Positions 19,204-27,775 of a stretch of 64,000 nucleotides of DNA are shown here, piece after piece (the stretch's first letter is position 1; the number at the start of each line of letters is the position of its first letter). The notes below the pieces were generated by a model. It saw nothing but the letters and a program-made list of their open reading frames with translations, did no database searches and had not been told where the DNA came from. This stretch comes from Gammaproteobacteria bacterium (lineage in GTDB: Bacteria > Pseudomonadota > Gammaproteobacteria > Natronospirales > JAJUFS01), in the NCBI GenBank assembly GCA_036381175.1, contig DASVDI010000021.1:56271-120270 (forward strand), read 5' to 3'. Position numbers and translations under genes: made by a program.

Positions 19204-19902
19204 ATGAATCGGCGAACAAGGATGACATGGATCGCGGCCAGCCTTCTTGCTGTTTGCGCCGTGAATGCCGGCGAGCTCACCGGCGAGCTGCATCTGACCG
19301 AAAACGGACGCGCGACCGGCGCGCAGGAATACGCAGACGCCGTGATTTTCTTCGTTCCCGATTCGGCGACCGTTGATTCCGTACTCACCGCCGATATGAA
19401 ACCGCCACCGCAGGCCACGCTCGAAATGCGCGGGAAAAAATTTCTGCCGCGCGTGCTACCAGTTGTCGCCGGAACGGAAGTTGCGTTCACCAACTTCGAT
19501 CCCATCCTGCACAACGCATTTTCCACGGCTCGCCAGATGCCATTCGACCTGGGCTTTTACAGCGGCGGCGAAAACCGGAACATGACGTTCGAGACACCCG
19601 GCCTGGTGCGCGTTTACTGCAATGTGCATCACGACATGGTGGCGTACGTACTGGTTCTGGATACGCCGCATTTCACACGCAGCGACGCGCAAGGAAAATT
19701 CCGTCTCCGCGACCTGCCCGAAGGCAAAGGCACGCTCTACATCTGGCATCCACGTGCCCGGCCGCTGCGCGAATCTCTCACCGTGAATGCGAGCAATCCC
19801 CCGGACCGCATCTTCGAGCTTGCACTCACCGAACGCCGCATTCCCCGCCATCCCGACAAGCACGGAAACGCTTACAGGAATCGTCGTGACCGCAACTACT
19901 GA
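19204..19902 (+). CDS. Periplasmic cupredoxin-like (amicyanin-type ligand loop) protein with a carboxypeptidase-regulatory-like C-terminal domain
   Basis: Signal peptide MTWIAASLLAVCAVNA. Candidate type-1 Cu ligands are the His in NFDPILHNAF and the loop YCNVHHDM (C-x2-H-x2-M, as in amicyanin). The C-terminus is ...AQGKFRLRDLPEGKGTLYIW... ATG 19204. Confidence 0.75.
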   Translation: MNRRTRMTWIAASLLAVCAVNAGELTGELHLTENGRATGAQEYADAVIFFVPDSATVDSVLTADMKPPPQATLEMRGKKFLPRVLPVVAGTEVAFTNFDPILHNAFSTARQMPFDLGFYSGGENRNMTFETPGLVRVYCNVHHDMVAYVLVLDTPHFTRSDAQGKFRLRDLPEGKGTLYIWHPRARPLRESLTVNASNPPDRIFELALTERRIPRHPDKHGNAYRNRRDRNY

Positions 19903-22498
19903 ACGCCGGCTCAGCCTTGGCGCACGCATTTTTATTGCTTTCAGCGTTCTGTTCGCGCTCGGTATTGGCGTCGCCGCCGGCGTAACGTTCTGGCGCGGCA
20001 ATGCAATCGCCGATGCGGCCGTGTCCCGCGAACTGGAAAACATCCGCGACGTGCAACACGACATCGAAGCGCAACGTTTCCGCCAACTTGAACTCATCGC
20101 GGAGCTGTTTGCCGCCGACCCCTACTTCAGCAGTTATGTTGCTGAAGCCACCGGCAACGGCCTGGGCGTTGGAGATCAAGTGGATACGGCGTCCATTGCC
20201 GACCAGCTGGCCGAGCGCCGCCTCGCACTCGGTTTCGATCTTGCGCTTGTGCTCGACAGCGCAGGCACCGTCATCGCCGGCACGGGTTTCGTTCAGGCAG
20301 ACGGCGAAGATCTGACGAATGATTCACTTATCGGACCCGTGATCGCGAACCTCGTACCGGCCAGCGGCTACTGGTTCCGTTCCGAAGGCGCGTTCCATGT
20401 CGCCACCGTGCCACTCGCGGAACAGGATTATCTTGTCGGCTTCCTCGTGGCGGGCTACGCGGTTGATCGTGATTTTGTGGAGGAAATCCGTCGCATCAGC
20501 GGTTCGGAAATGGCTTTGTTCCAGCATGCGGGCGATGAACTTTCCGTGGTCGCCAGCACCTTGCCTGAAAAACCGACGCGCGAACTGCTCGCGCAGGCAC
20601 CGCATCTCATTCCCGGGCCGGAACCCTTGCGGCTGGTAATGGACAACCGCACCTGGCTGGCGCTCGCCTCTGGCAAGGGCGCGGCAAAGGAGGGCCTTGC
20701 GGTAGCGCTGACCTCGGTGGACGACGCCTTCGCGCCGTTCCGCGCCATCGAAAATATCCTGCTGCTGACGGCCGGCCTCACCCTGCTGCTGGCATTGCCG
20801 ATTTCGTTCGCGCTGTCACGCAAGCTGCTCGGTCCAGTTAAAAAACTTGCCCTGGTTGCACAGAATGCGGCGCGCGGCGATTACAACCAGCGCTTCGAAC
20901 ACTTCGGCAATGATGAAATCGGCCGGCTCACCTATGCATTCGACACATTATTAAACGATCTCCGGCAGAAGACGGACATGGAAAATTACCTGTCCGATCT
21001 TGCCAGCGTCCTGCCCGACGAACGCAACGACCAGAATCCGGAACCGACGCGTCTGCGCCCACGCCGCCTGCCCGCCAAACAGGGTTCTGTCGCACTGCTG
21101 GGTCTGGAGCTGCGCAAGTTCGCGCGTGCTATCGACACAAACAGCGGGCAGGAAACGCTGGACCGTTTCAACGCGAGCCTCGAACGAATCACGACCCTGA
21201 TCGACGCCTTGGATGGTCGCATACTCGCCGTCAGCGGCCAGCGAATCCTGGTCGTGTTCGAGGGCGACGGCAACGCCACGACCGCAGCCCACGCCGCGGG
21301 CGTGTTGATGATGGCAATGGACTCGCGGAACGATGGGCTGGCTGCTGTCGTCGTCACCGGCGACACAATTGGAGGAAGTGCTGCGTGGAGCTCGCAAAGC
21401 CATGAAAACCACCTCGGCCCCTCAGTCGCGCAACTCGACCGCCTGTTGTCGGAAGCGCCAGCGAGCATCGTGCTGCTGAGTCGTGATGCGCAGTCCGCGC
21501 TTGTTGCCGCGCACGGCGATATCGGCATCAAAGCCGTCGCGGGCCTCATACAGAAAGACAAGTCATTCTATGGGCTTGAGCAAGCGAAAGCCGCCGAGTT
21601 GAGCAGCGGAGCAAACCTGGAAGAGGATGCAACGCTGATCGATACAACGCGTGTGAATCACACCCAGGCCCTATCAAGGCGCATCGAACCCGGCGTGCAA
21701 TTCGGCGCGCGCTACGAAATCATCTCGGAGCTGGGCGTTGGCGGCATGGGCGCGGTTTACAAAGCGCATGACCACGAATTGAACGAAGTGGTCGCGCTCA
21801 AGGTCATCAAACCGGAATTTTTCGACGCTGACGGACAGGCGCTGGAATTACTGAAAAGCGAAATCCGCCTCGCGCGCAGGATCACGCATCCGAACGTGTT
21901 GCGCACTCACGATTTCGGCGAAATCAATAATGTTCCGTTCATCTCCATGGAATACGTACGCGGCATCACGCTCAAGCATTTGTTGCGGCAAAAAGGAAGC
22001 CTGCCACTCTCGGCCGGCTTGCGCGTTTCACGCCAACTGACTGCTGGTCTCGCCGCCGCGCATTTCGAAGGTGTCCTTCACAGGGACATCAAGCCGGACA
22101 ATCTCATCCTGCAGCAAAGCGGAAATTCGAAACTGATGGACTTCGGCATCGCGCAGAAGACTCGCGACGGCTCCAGTCACGACGGCATGGTAGTCGGCAC
22201 GCCGCGGTACGCATCACCGGAACAACTGCAAGGCCTGCCGACCGACGCACGCACCGACATCTACGCGGCCGGCGTGGTGATGTACGAATTGTTTACCGGG
22301 CGAAATCCATTTTCCGGGCGCAGCATCGAACAGCTGCTGCGTCAAAAAATGGAAATGCCGCCGCCGCCCGCAGCCGTCAACGCAACATTGCCGCCCGCGT
22401 TGTCCGACATTGTCATGCAATGCCTCGCCGCTGAGCGCAAGGATCGTCCGGCGAGCGCCGATGCCCTATTGCAAACCCTCGAAGCGCTGCGCCGCTGA
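19886..22498 (+). CDS. Membrane sensor Ser/Thr kinase: periplasmic domain, HAMP, degenerate class III cyclase-homology domain, Hanks kinase
   Basis: GTG 19886 has AGGAA 5 nt upstream and overlaps the preceding gene by 17 nt. Two TM segments flank a loop of ~250 aa. The HAMP region is ...LGPVKKLALVAQNAARGDYNQRF...IGRLTYAFDTLLNDL... The kinase motifs are GVGGMGAVYKA, HRDIKPDNLIL, DFGIAQ and GTPRYASPEQ. Confidence 0.88.
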   Translation: MTATTERRLSLGARIFIAFSVLFALGIGVAAGVTFWRGNAIADAAVSRELENIRDVQHDIEAQRFRQLELIAELFAADPYFSSYVAEATGNGLGVGDQVDTASIADQLAERRLALGFDLALVLDSAGTVIAGTGFVQADGEDLTNDSLIGPVIANLVPASGYWFRSEGAFHVATVPLAEQDYLVGFLVAGYAVDRDFVEEIRRISGSEMALFQHAGDELSVVASTLPEKPTRELLAQAPHLIPGPEPLRLVMDNRTWLALASGKGAAKEGLAVALTSVDDAFAPFRAIENILLLTAGLTLLLALPISFALSRKLLGPVKKLALVAQNAARGDYNQRFEHFGNDEIGRLTYAFDTLLNDLRQKTDMENYLSDLASVLPDERNDQNPEPTRLRPRRLPAKQGSVALLGLELRKFARAIDTNSGQETLDRFNASLERITTLIDALDGRILAVSGQRILVVFEGDGNATTAAHAAGVLMMAMDSRNDGLAAVVVTGDTIGGSAAWSSQSHENHLGPSVAQLDRLLSEAPASIVLLSRDAQSALVAAHGDIGIKAVAGLIQKDKSFYGLEQAKAAELSSGANLEEDATLIDTTRVNHTQALSRRIEPGVQFGARYEIISELGVGGMGAVYKAHDHELNEVVALKVIKPEFFDADGQALELLKSEIRLARRITHPNVLRTHDFGEINNVPFISMEYVRGITLKHLLRQKGSLPLSAGLRVSRQLTAGLAAAHFEGVLHRDIKPDNLILQQSGNSKLMDFGIAQKTRDGSSHDGMVVGTPRYASPEQLQGLPTDARTDIYAAGVVMYELFTGRNPFSGRSIEQLLRQKMEMPPPPAAVNATLPPALSDIVMQCLAAERKDRPASADALLQTLEALRR

Positions 22499-22543
22499 TG
22501 AAAACGTTGATTACAAAAAGACACGGAAGAAACGGAGATCAGG

Positions 22544-23656
22544 ATGAACAGGATTCTTTTGGCGATGCTTGCAAGTGTTGTCATCTCGCCCGCCTTTGCG
22601 GCGGAGCCTTTCGAGTTCGACGCCGACGAACCGGAGTTCTCCAGCACCTTCGCCTGGCGCGGCGACATCCAGCTGCGTGCAGACGCCATCGACAATCTCG
22701 ACCGGGTTTCTCCACGCGAGGATTTTCGCCGGGGATTGTTCAGGTTGCGCGCCGGCTTCGACTGGATACCGAACGAATCCTTCCAGTTCTCGGCACTCGC
22801 CAGGATCAATCGCAGTGACCGGACCAATGAAGATTCTCGTACCGATCTCGATAACGAACTCGCCGACAGCGAAAGCATTGATGAACTCTTCGTGCAATTC
22901 ACGCCTGACACCGGCACGCGCCTCGCGCTTGGCCAGATGCCGCTGCCGTTGAATCTTTCGCCCGCGCTGTGGGATAACGACCTCCGGCCGATCGGCGGAT
23001 TTCTCGCGCAGGACGTCGATCTGGGCGCGTTCAACCGGCTGCGATTCCAGATCGCAAGATTCAATCCCAATCACCCGTTTTTCGATGAGCCAATTATCGC
23101 GTCGGCCGAAGACAGCTCGCGCGTCAGCGCAACACAAATCGCGATGGACTTCGGACACGGCAAGCGCCATAGCTGGCACGTGAGGGCAACGTATCTTGAA
23201 TTCGAGAACATCAGTTCGCTGGTACCCGAACACCTCGCGCGCACGAACCGCGTTTCCGGTGGAACGTTCCTGAATGCATTCTCGATCGCCGACTTGCAAT
23301 TCAGCTTTCGCAAGAATCAGGGAATGCCCCTGGAGTTCGCCGTTGACGTATTCCGCAACCTTGATGCAGCCGACGGCGATGACGGCGGTCGCGTCAGTCT
23401 CAGGCTGGGTGACGCATTACAGCCAGGCGGCGTCGAGTTCGGCGTCGCCAGCCAGCGAATCCAGCGCGACGCAATAATGGCCGCTTTCGGTGATGACGAC
23501 TGGTGGTTCCGAAGCTGGATGCGCGGCACGCGCGCGTGGTTCGGCTATGGCATCACGGAAAACTCGCGGATCCAGCTCGCACTCTTCCGCGAGCGGCGCG
23601 ATGATTGGGACGATCACCTGAACCGTGGCATCCTGGATTTTCGGTATACGTTCTGA
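22544..23656 (+). CDS. Putative outer-membrane beta-barrel (porin-like) protein
   Basis: Signal peptide MNRILLAMLASVVISPAFA/AEP. The sequence alternates polar and hydrophobic residues, and the C-terminal beta-signal ends ...ILDFRYTF. Confidence 0.7.
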   Translation: MNRILLAMLASVVISPAFAAEPFEFDADEPEFSSTFAWRGDIQLRADAIDNLDRVSPREDFRRGLFRLRAGFDWIPNESFQFSALARINRSDRTNEDSRTDLDNELADSESIDELFVQFTPDTGTRLALGQMPLPLNLSPALWDNDLRPIGGFLAQDVDLGAFNRLRFQIARFNPNHPFFDEPIIASAEDSSRVSATQIAMDFGHGKRHSWHVRATYLEFENISSLVPEHLARTNRVSGGTFLNAFSIADLQFSFRKNQGMPLEFAVDVFRNLDAADGDDGGRVSLRLGDALQPGGVEFGVASQRIQRDAIMAAFGDDDWWFRSWMRGTRAWFGYGITENSRIQLALFRERRDDWDDHLNRGILDFRYTF

Positions 23657-23714
23657 AATGTCTTGCGAGAGGACCAGCGTGAGACACCGCGACCATATGA
23701 CTGGGTTTTGCGTC

Positions 23715-24794
23715 TTATGATCCTTGCAATGCGAAATTCACTCGCTGCGTAACACCGCACAGCAACTCGTAAGTGATCGTTCCCGACAACTTCGCGATTT
23801 CTTCCAGCGGCAGGCCTTCGCCCCACAGCACGACCGGCGCGCCAGCTACCGCATCGGGTTGCGTGCGCAGGTCCACGGCAATCATGTCCATGGAAACACG
23901 TCCGATCAGCGGCACACGCCTGCCGTTCACGAGTACCGGCGTGCCGTTCGGTGCATGGCGCGGATAACCGTCGCCATAACCGATGGCAGCAATTCCGTAG
24001 CGCATGACCGCCGGTGCCCGCCATTGCCCGCCGTAACCGATCGCCTCGCCTTTCTTTAATTCCTTGACCGCGATCAGCTCGGTACTCACCGTCATTGCCG
24101 GACGCAGCCCTTCCGCCAGACCGTCGGTGTATTCAAGCGGGCTGACGCCGTAAAGCAGGCCGCCGGGGCGAATCCAGTCGCGGTGCGTTTCCGGGAACGC
24201 CAGCGTGCCGGCGGAATTCGCGATGCTTTTCTCGCCGGGGAGATCGGCGGTGAGTTCGTTGAAGATTTCCTGCTGCCGCGCCGTGGTTTCCACGTCGCGT
24301 TCGTCGGCGCGCGCGAGATGCGTCATCTGCCGCGGTGGTCCATCCAGGCAGGACAAGCCGTCAAGCACGTCCCATGCCGCGCGGAATTCTTCCGGCTTGA
24401 AACCGAGCCGATTCATGCCGGAATCGAGTTTCAGCCAGGTTTTCAGCGGCGCGCCGCGGTAGTCGCGCAGCCATTCCAGCTGCCGCGCACTGTGCACGAC
24501 GATTTCAAAATTGTTTGCTGCCGCAAGTGCGAGTTCATCCGGAGAGAACACGCCCTCGAGAAGCACGACGGGATTCGTGACATTCGCCTTGCGAACACGC
24601 AAGGCTTCATCAATGCAGGCGACAGCAAATGCGTCGGCATCGACAAGCGTTCGCGCAACCGGCTCGATACCGTGACCGTAGGCATTCGCCTTGATGACGG
24701 CCAGCACGCGGCTTTTCGGCGCGCGCCGGCGAATGGCGGCGAGATTATGGCGGAGCGCGTCGAGATGAATATCCGCCCGGGTAGCCCGGGTCAT
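23715..24794 (-). CDS. alr: Alanine racemase
   Basis: ...LAVIKANAYGHG... is the PLP-Lys motif. About 359 aa. It overlaps the dnaB stop by 4 nt. Confidence 0.96.
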   Translation of the reverse strand: MTRATRADIHLDALRHNLAAIRRRAPKSRVLAVIKANAYGHGIEPVARTLVDADAFAVACIDEALRVRKANVTNPVVLLEGVFSPDELALAAANNFEIVVHSARQLEWLRDYRGAPLKTWLKLDSGMNRLGFKPEEFRAAWDVLDGLSCLDGPPRQMTHLARADERDVETTARQQEIFNELTADLPGEKSIANSAGTLAFPETHRDWIRPGGLLYGVSPLEYTDGLAEGLRPAMTVSTELIAVKELKKGEAIGYGGQWRAPAVMRYGIAAIGYGDGYPRHAPNGTPVLVNGRRVPLIGRVSMDMIAVDLRTQPDAVAGAPVVLWGEGLPLEEIAKLSGTITYELLCGVTQRVNFALQGS

Positions 24795-26188
24795 TGATCG
24801 GCGCCCTCGAAATAATGATCGGCAGCGAGGTTTTCAAAGCGCGTGAAGCGACCAAGGAACGCTGTCCGCACCTTGCCGGTCGGCCCGTTACGCTGCTTGC
24901 CGATGATGATTTCGGCGGTGCCCGCGTGCGGACTGTTTTCGTTGTAAACCTCATCGCGATAGATGAACACGATGATGTCTGCGTCCTGCTCGATGGACCC
25001 GGACTCACGAAGATCCGACATGACCGGGCGCTTGTCCGGACGCTGCTCGAGGTTGCGATTCAACTGCGACAGCGCGATGACGGGAACATCGAGTTCCTTT
25101 GCCAGCGTTTTCAGGCCACGAGAAATTTCGGAAATTTCATTGGTGCGGTTTTCCTTCGTGCCCGACACCTGCATGAGCTGCAGGTAATCGACGACGATCA
25201 GCCCGAGACCGTGTTCGCGTTTCAGCCGTCGTGCACGCGCGCGCATTTCGGTCGGCGACAATGCCGGCGTGTCGTCGATAAAGATTGGCGCTTCGGACAT
25301 CAACGTCACGGCCGAAGTGATGCGCGGCCAGTCTTCGTCATCCAGCTTGCCGGTGCGCACCTTGGATTGATCAATGCGCCCAAGCGAAGAAATCATGCGG
25401 AGCGCCAACTGTTCGCCAGACATTTCCATCGAGAAAACGGCAGTCGGAATCTTTTCACGGATCGCCGCGTGCTCTGCGAGGTTCATCGCGAAGCTGGTCT
25501 TGCCCATGGAAGGACGACCGGCAACGATGACAAGATCGCCGCGCTGCAAGCCCGCGGTCTTTTCATCAAAAGCGCTGATCCCGGTCGAAATGCCGGTGAT
25601 ATGGCTGTCGGAATGAAACAGGCTATCGATACGATCGACCGCGCCCTTCAGCAACTTCTTGATATCGACCGGACCGGCCTTGGTCCGGCTACCTTTTTCG
25701 GCGATCTCGAACACGCGCTGTTCGGCGACCTCGAGCAGCTCGGCAACTTCACGGCCTTCCGGCGCGAATGCGCTTTGCGCAATGTCGTTGCCGGTGCGGA
25801 TCAACTGCCGCAGCACGGAACGCTCGCGAACGATGTCGGCATACGCCTTGATGTTTGCGGCGCCCGGCGCATCCTTCGCCAGCGCACCGACGTAGACCAG
25901 CCCGCCAGCTTCGTCGAGCAGGTCGCGCTGCTCCAGCCATTCGCCGATCGTCACGGCATCGCAGGGCTTGTCCGCTTCGGCAAGCGTTTCAATGGAACGG
26001 AAGATCAGGCGGTGATCGTGGCGGTAGAAATCGCCTTCGACGAGACGGTCCGCAACCTGTTCCCAGGCGCGGTTATCCAGCATCAGGCCGCCGAGCACGG
26101 CCTGCTCGGCCTCCACGGAATGCGGCGGCACCCGCAGCTTGTCGGTCGCGGAAAGGTTTTTTTCGACTCGGGTTACGGCGCCAGCCAT
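24791..26188 (-). CDS. dnaB: Replicative DNA helicase DnaB
   Basis: ...PPHSVEAEQAVLGG..., Walker A GRPSMGKTSFA, ...IVVDYLQLM... The start is chosen at MAGAV (26188) by analogy with E. coli MAGN. The ORF could extend to 26209. Confidence 0.97.
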   Translation of the reverse strand: MAGAVTRVEKNLSATDKLRVPPHSVEAEQAVLGGLMLDNRAWEQVADRLVEGDFYRHDHRLIFRSIETLAEADKPCDAVTIGEWLEQRDLLDEAGGLVYVGALAKDAPGAANIKAYADIVRERSVLRQLIRTGNDIAQSAFAPEGREVAELLEVAEQRVFEIAEKGSRTKAGPVDIKKLLKGAVDRIDSLFHSDSHITGISTGISAFDEKTAGLQRGDLVIVAGRPSMGKTSFAMNLAEHAAIREKIPTAVFSMEMSGEQLALRMISSLGRIDQSKVRTGKLDDEDWPRITSAVTLMSEAPIFIDDTPALSPTEMRARARRLKREHGLGLIVVDYLQLMQVSGTKENRTNEISEISRGLKTLAKELDVPVIALSQLNRNLEQRPDKRPVMSDLRESGSIEQDADIIVFIYRDEVYNENSPHAGTAEIIIGKQRNGPTGKVRTAFLGRFTRFENLAADHYFEGADQ

Positions 26189-26297
26189 CAAATCCCCCAT
26201 GGGTGACACTGCATTTTATTCTGAAAGCCTACCGCCGACCATCAATGGAGGACACGCACAAGGCTCTGTGAATCCTGTGCAAGTCCTTGGAAAACTC

Positions 26298-26306
26298 TGT
26301 GGATAA
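26298..26306 (-). promoter_or_regulatory. Perfect DnaA-box consensus (TTATCCACA on the minus strand) upstream of dnaB
   Basis: TGTGGATAA was read on the plus strand, ~110 nt upstream of the dnaB start. Confidence 0.5.
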
Positions 26307-26311
26307 ACCGT

Positions 26312-26354
26312 GAACAAAATGGCCCGGTCCGACCGCAAGGTCGAACCGGGCCAT
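26312..26354 (-). terminator. Rho-independent terminator after rplI
   Basis: 16-bp stem ATGGCCCGGTTCGACC/GGTCGGACCGGGCCAT with one G-U pair and loop TTGC, followed by TTTTGTT on the minus strand. Confidence 0.8.
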
Positions 26355-26373
26355 CAAGACGCCAAAAAGCGGT

Positions 26374-26823
26374 TTACTCTTCGCCGACCACGATGACTTT
26401 GAGCGTCGCATTCACATCGGTATGCAAATGCAGCTCGACATTGTGCTCGCCAGCCGTACGGATCGGACCTTCCGGCATGCGCACTTCGCGACGCTCAAGC
26501 GTGTGGCCCATCGCGGTGACGGCATCGGCAATATCCACCGTGCCGACGGAACCGAACAGCTTGCCTTCGCCGCCCGATTTCGAGGTGATGGTCACTTCGA
26601 GACCATCGAGCTTTCCCTTGCGCGCTTCAGCTGCGGCCAGCGTATCGGCGGCGGCTTTTTCCAGTTCGGCGCGACGCGCTTCGAACTCGGCAATGTTCGC
26701 CGGCGTGGCCGGCTTCGCCAGGCCCTGCGGAATCAGGTAGTTGCGGCCAAAACCGGCACGCACCTTGACCTTGTCGCCCAGGCCGCCGAGGTTATCCACT
26801 TTCTGCAGAAGAATTACTTCCAT
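26374..26823 (-). CDS. rplI: 50S ribosomal protein L9
   Basis: [34 protein letters not shown]... is a canonical L9. The ORF could start 2 codons earlier. Confidence 0.98.
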   Translation of the reverse strand: MEVILLQKVDNLGGLGDKVKVRAGFGRNYLIPQGLAKPATPANIAEFEARRAELEKAAADTLAAAEARKGKLDGLEVTITSKSGGEGKLFGSVGTVDIADAVTAMGHTLERREVRMPEGPIRTAGEHNVELHLHTDVNATLKVIVVGEE

Positions 26824-26846
26824 CGTCATTCACCTTTTCGGTCACG

Positions 26847-27743
26847 CTATTCGTTCGGTTTTACGGCGCCCTGACCTGCGAGGCGCCGAAAGTCCATCCA
26901 GTTATCAACTCCGCCCGCAATCGTCAGCAACGCGGCGGCGGGAATCGGCAGCAACAACACCAGGCCGTACATGCCCCACAGCCAGATTCCGGGTTGTCCG
27001 GTTGCGGCCACCACGCCGTGTGCGAGCGCGATGCCCTGGAAAATCAGTGTCACGGCGCCGCCGAGCGCAAAACCCATCAACACGGGCTGACCCGTAAAAA
27101 GTGCGGCGAACATCAACACCGCCACCAGCAGCGTCGCTGACCTGCCCTGCCGCAGCCGGTGGAAATCCTCGCGGAATCCTCCCGGATTGAACGCGATCGC
27201 CTGCCACCAGCGGCCGGCCATCACGGCCAGCATTGTTACCACGAGACTCGCGGCGGCCATCAGGCCCGGCGCGATGCGCACCAGCGCATCGTGTTGCTCA
27301 TCGCTCAGCGCGGTCTTGCTATCCATTTGCGCGAGCAACGGCAGCACCTGGCTATCGAGAAAAGCACGCACGGTGCCCAGCGGTTCCGCATCCAGCAAAA
27401 ACCAGCCGGCCAGCACGACTCCCGCCAAACCCGCGCCGGCTTGCAACGTCATTGCCAGCGAACCCGTATTGCGCAATACCAGGCTCAACAACAGCACCGG
27501 AATCCACAATCCCAGTATCGCAATCACCAGCGCCATGCCGAAACCGCTGAAATAACCGGCGATCAACAGCAGCGGCGCGGCGACAGCCATCACCTGCAAC
27601 GCGGACGCGAAGCCCTTGCGCAGCGTGACCAGCGCCAGCAACCCGGCGCCGAAAATATCGAAAACCCGCGACGCGGCCAGCGCGCCGGCAACCGCTCCGG
27701 ATCTAAGCGAACTGGCCAACAGCCAATGCAGCAGTCCCTGCAT
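26847..27743 (-). CDS. Polytopic inner-membrane protein (DUF2232/PA4933-like) embedded in the rpsF-rpsR-rplI operon
   Basis: 298 aa with multiple hydrophobic segments. It sits in the same position as the hypothetical membrane gene between rpsR and rplI in Pseudomonas. The family assignment is from memory and is not verified. Confidence 0.75.
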   Translation of the reverse strand: MQGLLHWLLASSLRSGAVAGALAASRVFDIFGAGLLALVTLRKGFASALQVMAVAAPLLLIAGYFSGFGMALVIAILGLWIPVLLLSLVLRNTGSLAMTLQAGAGLAGVVLAGWFLLDAEPLGTVRAFLDSQVLPLLAQMDSKTALSDEQHDALVRIAPGLMAAASLVVTMLAVMAGRWWQAIAFNPGGFREDFHRLRQGRSATLLVAVLMFAALFTGQPVLMGFALGGAVTLIFQGIALAHGVVAATGQPGIWLWGMYGLVLLLPIPAAALLTIAGGVDNWMDFRRLAGQGAVKPNE

Positions 27744-27775
27744 CGTTCAACTCGACAGCGGGCAACGCGCGCTCA

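Noticed and set aside
24794-26206. Very long antisense ORFs opposite conserved genes. Examples are 24794..26206(+) opposite dnaB, 46265..47731(+) opposite pgi, 41008..42309(+) opposite amiB/mutL, 8995..10437(+) opposite ffh and 7195..8865(+) opposite trmD/rimM.
   Set aside because: Such ORFs are expected in GC-rich DNA, where stop codons are rare in antisense frames. Their translations are Arg/His/Gln/Ala-rich with no motifs. In every case the opposite strand encodes an unmistakable housekeeping protein.
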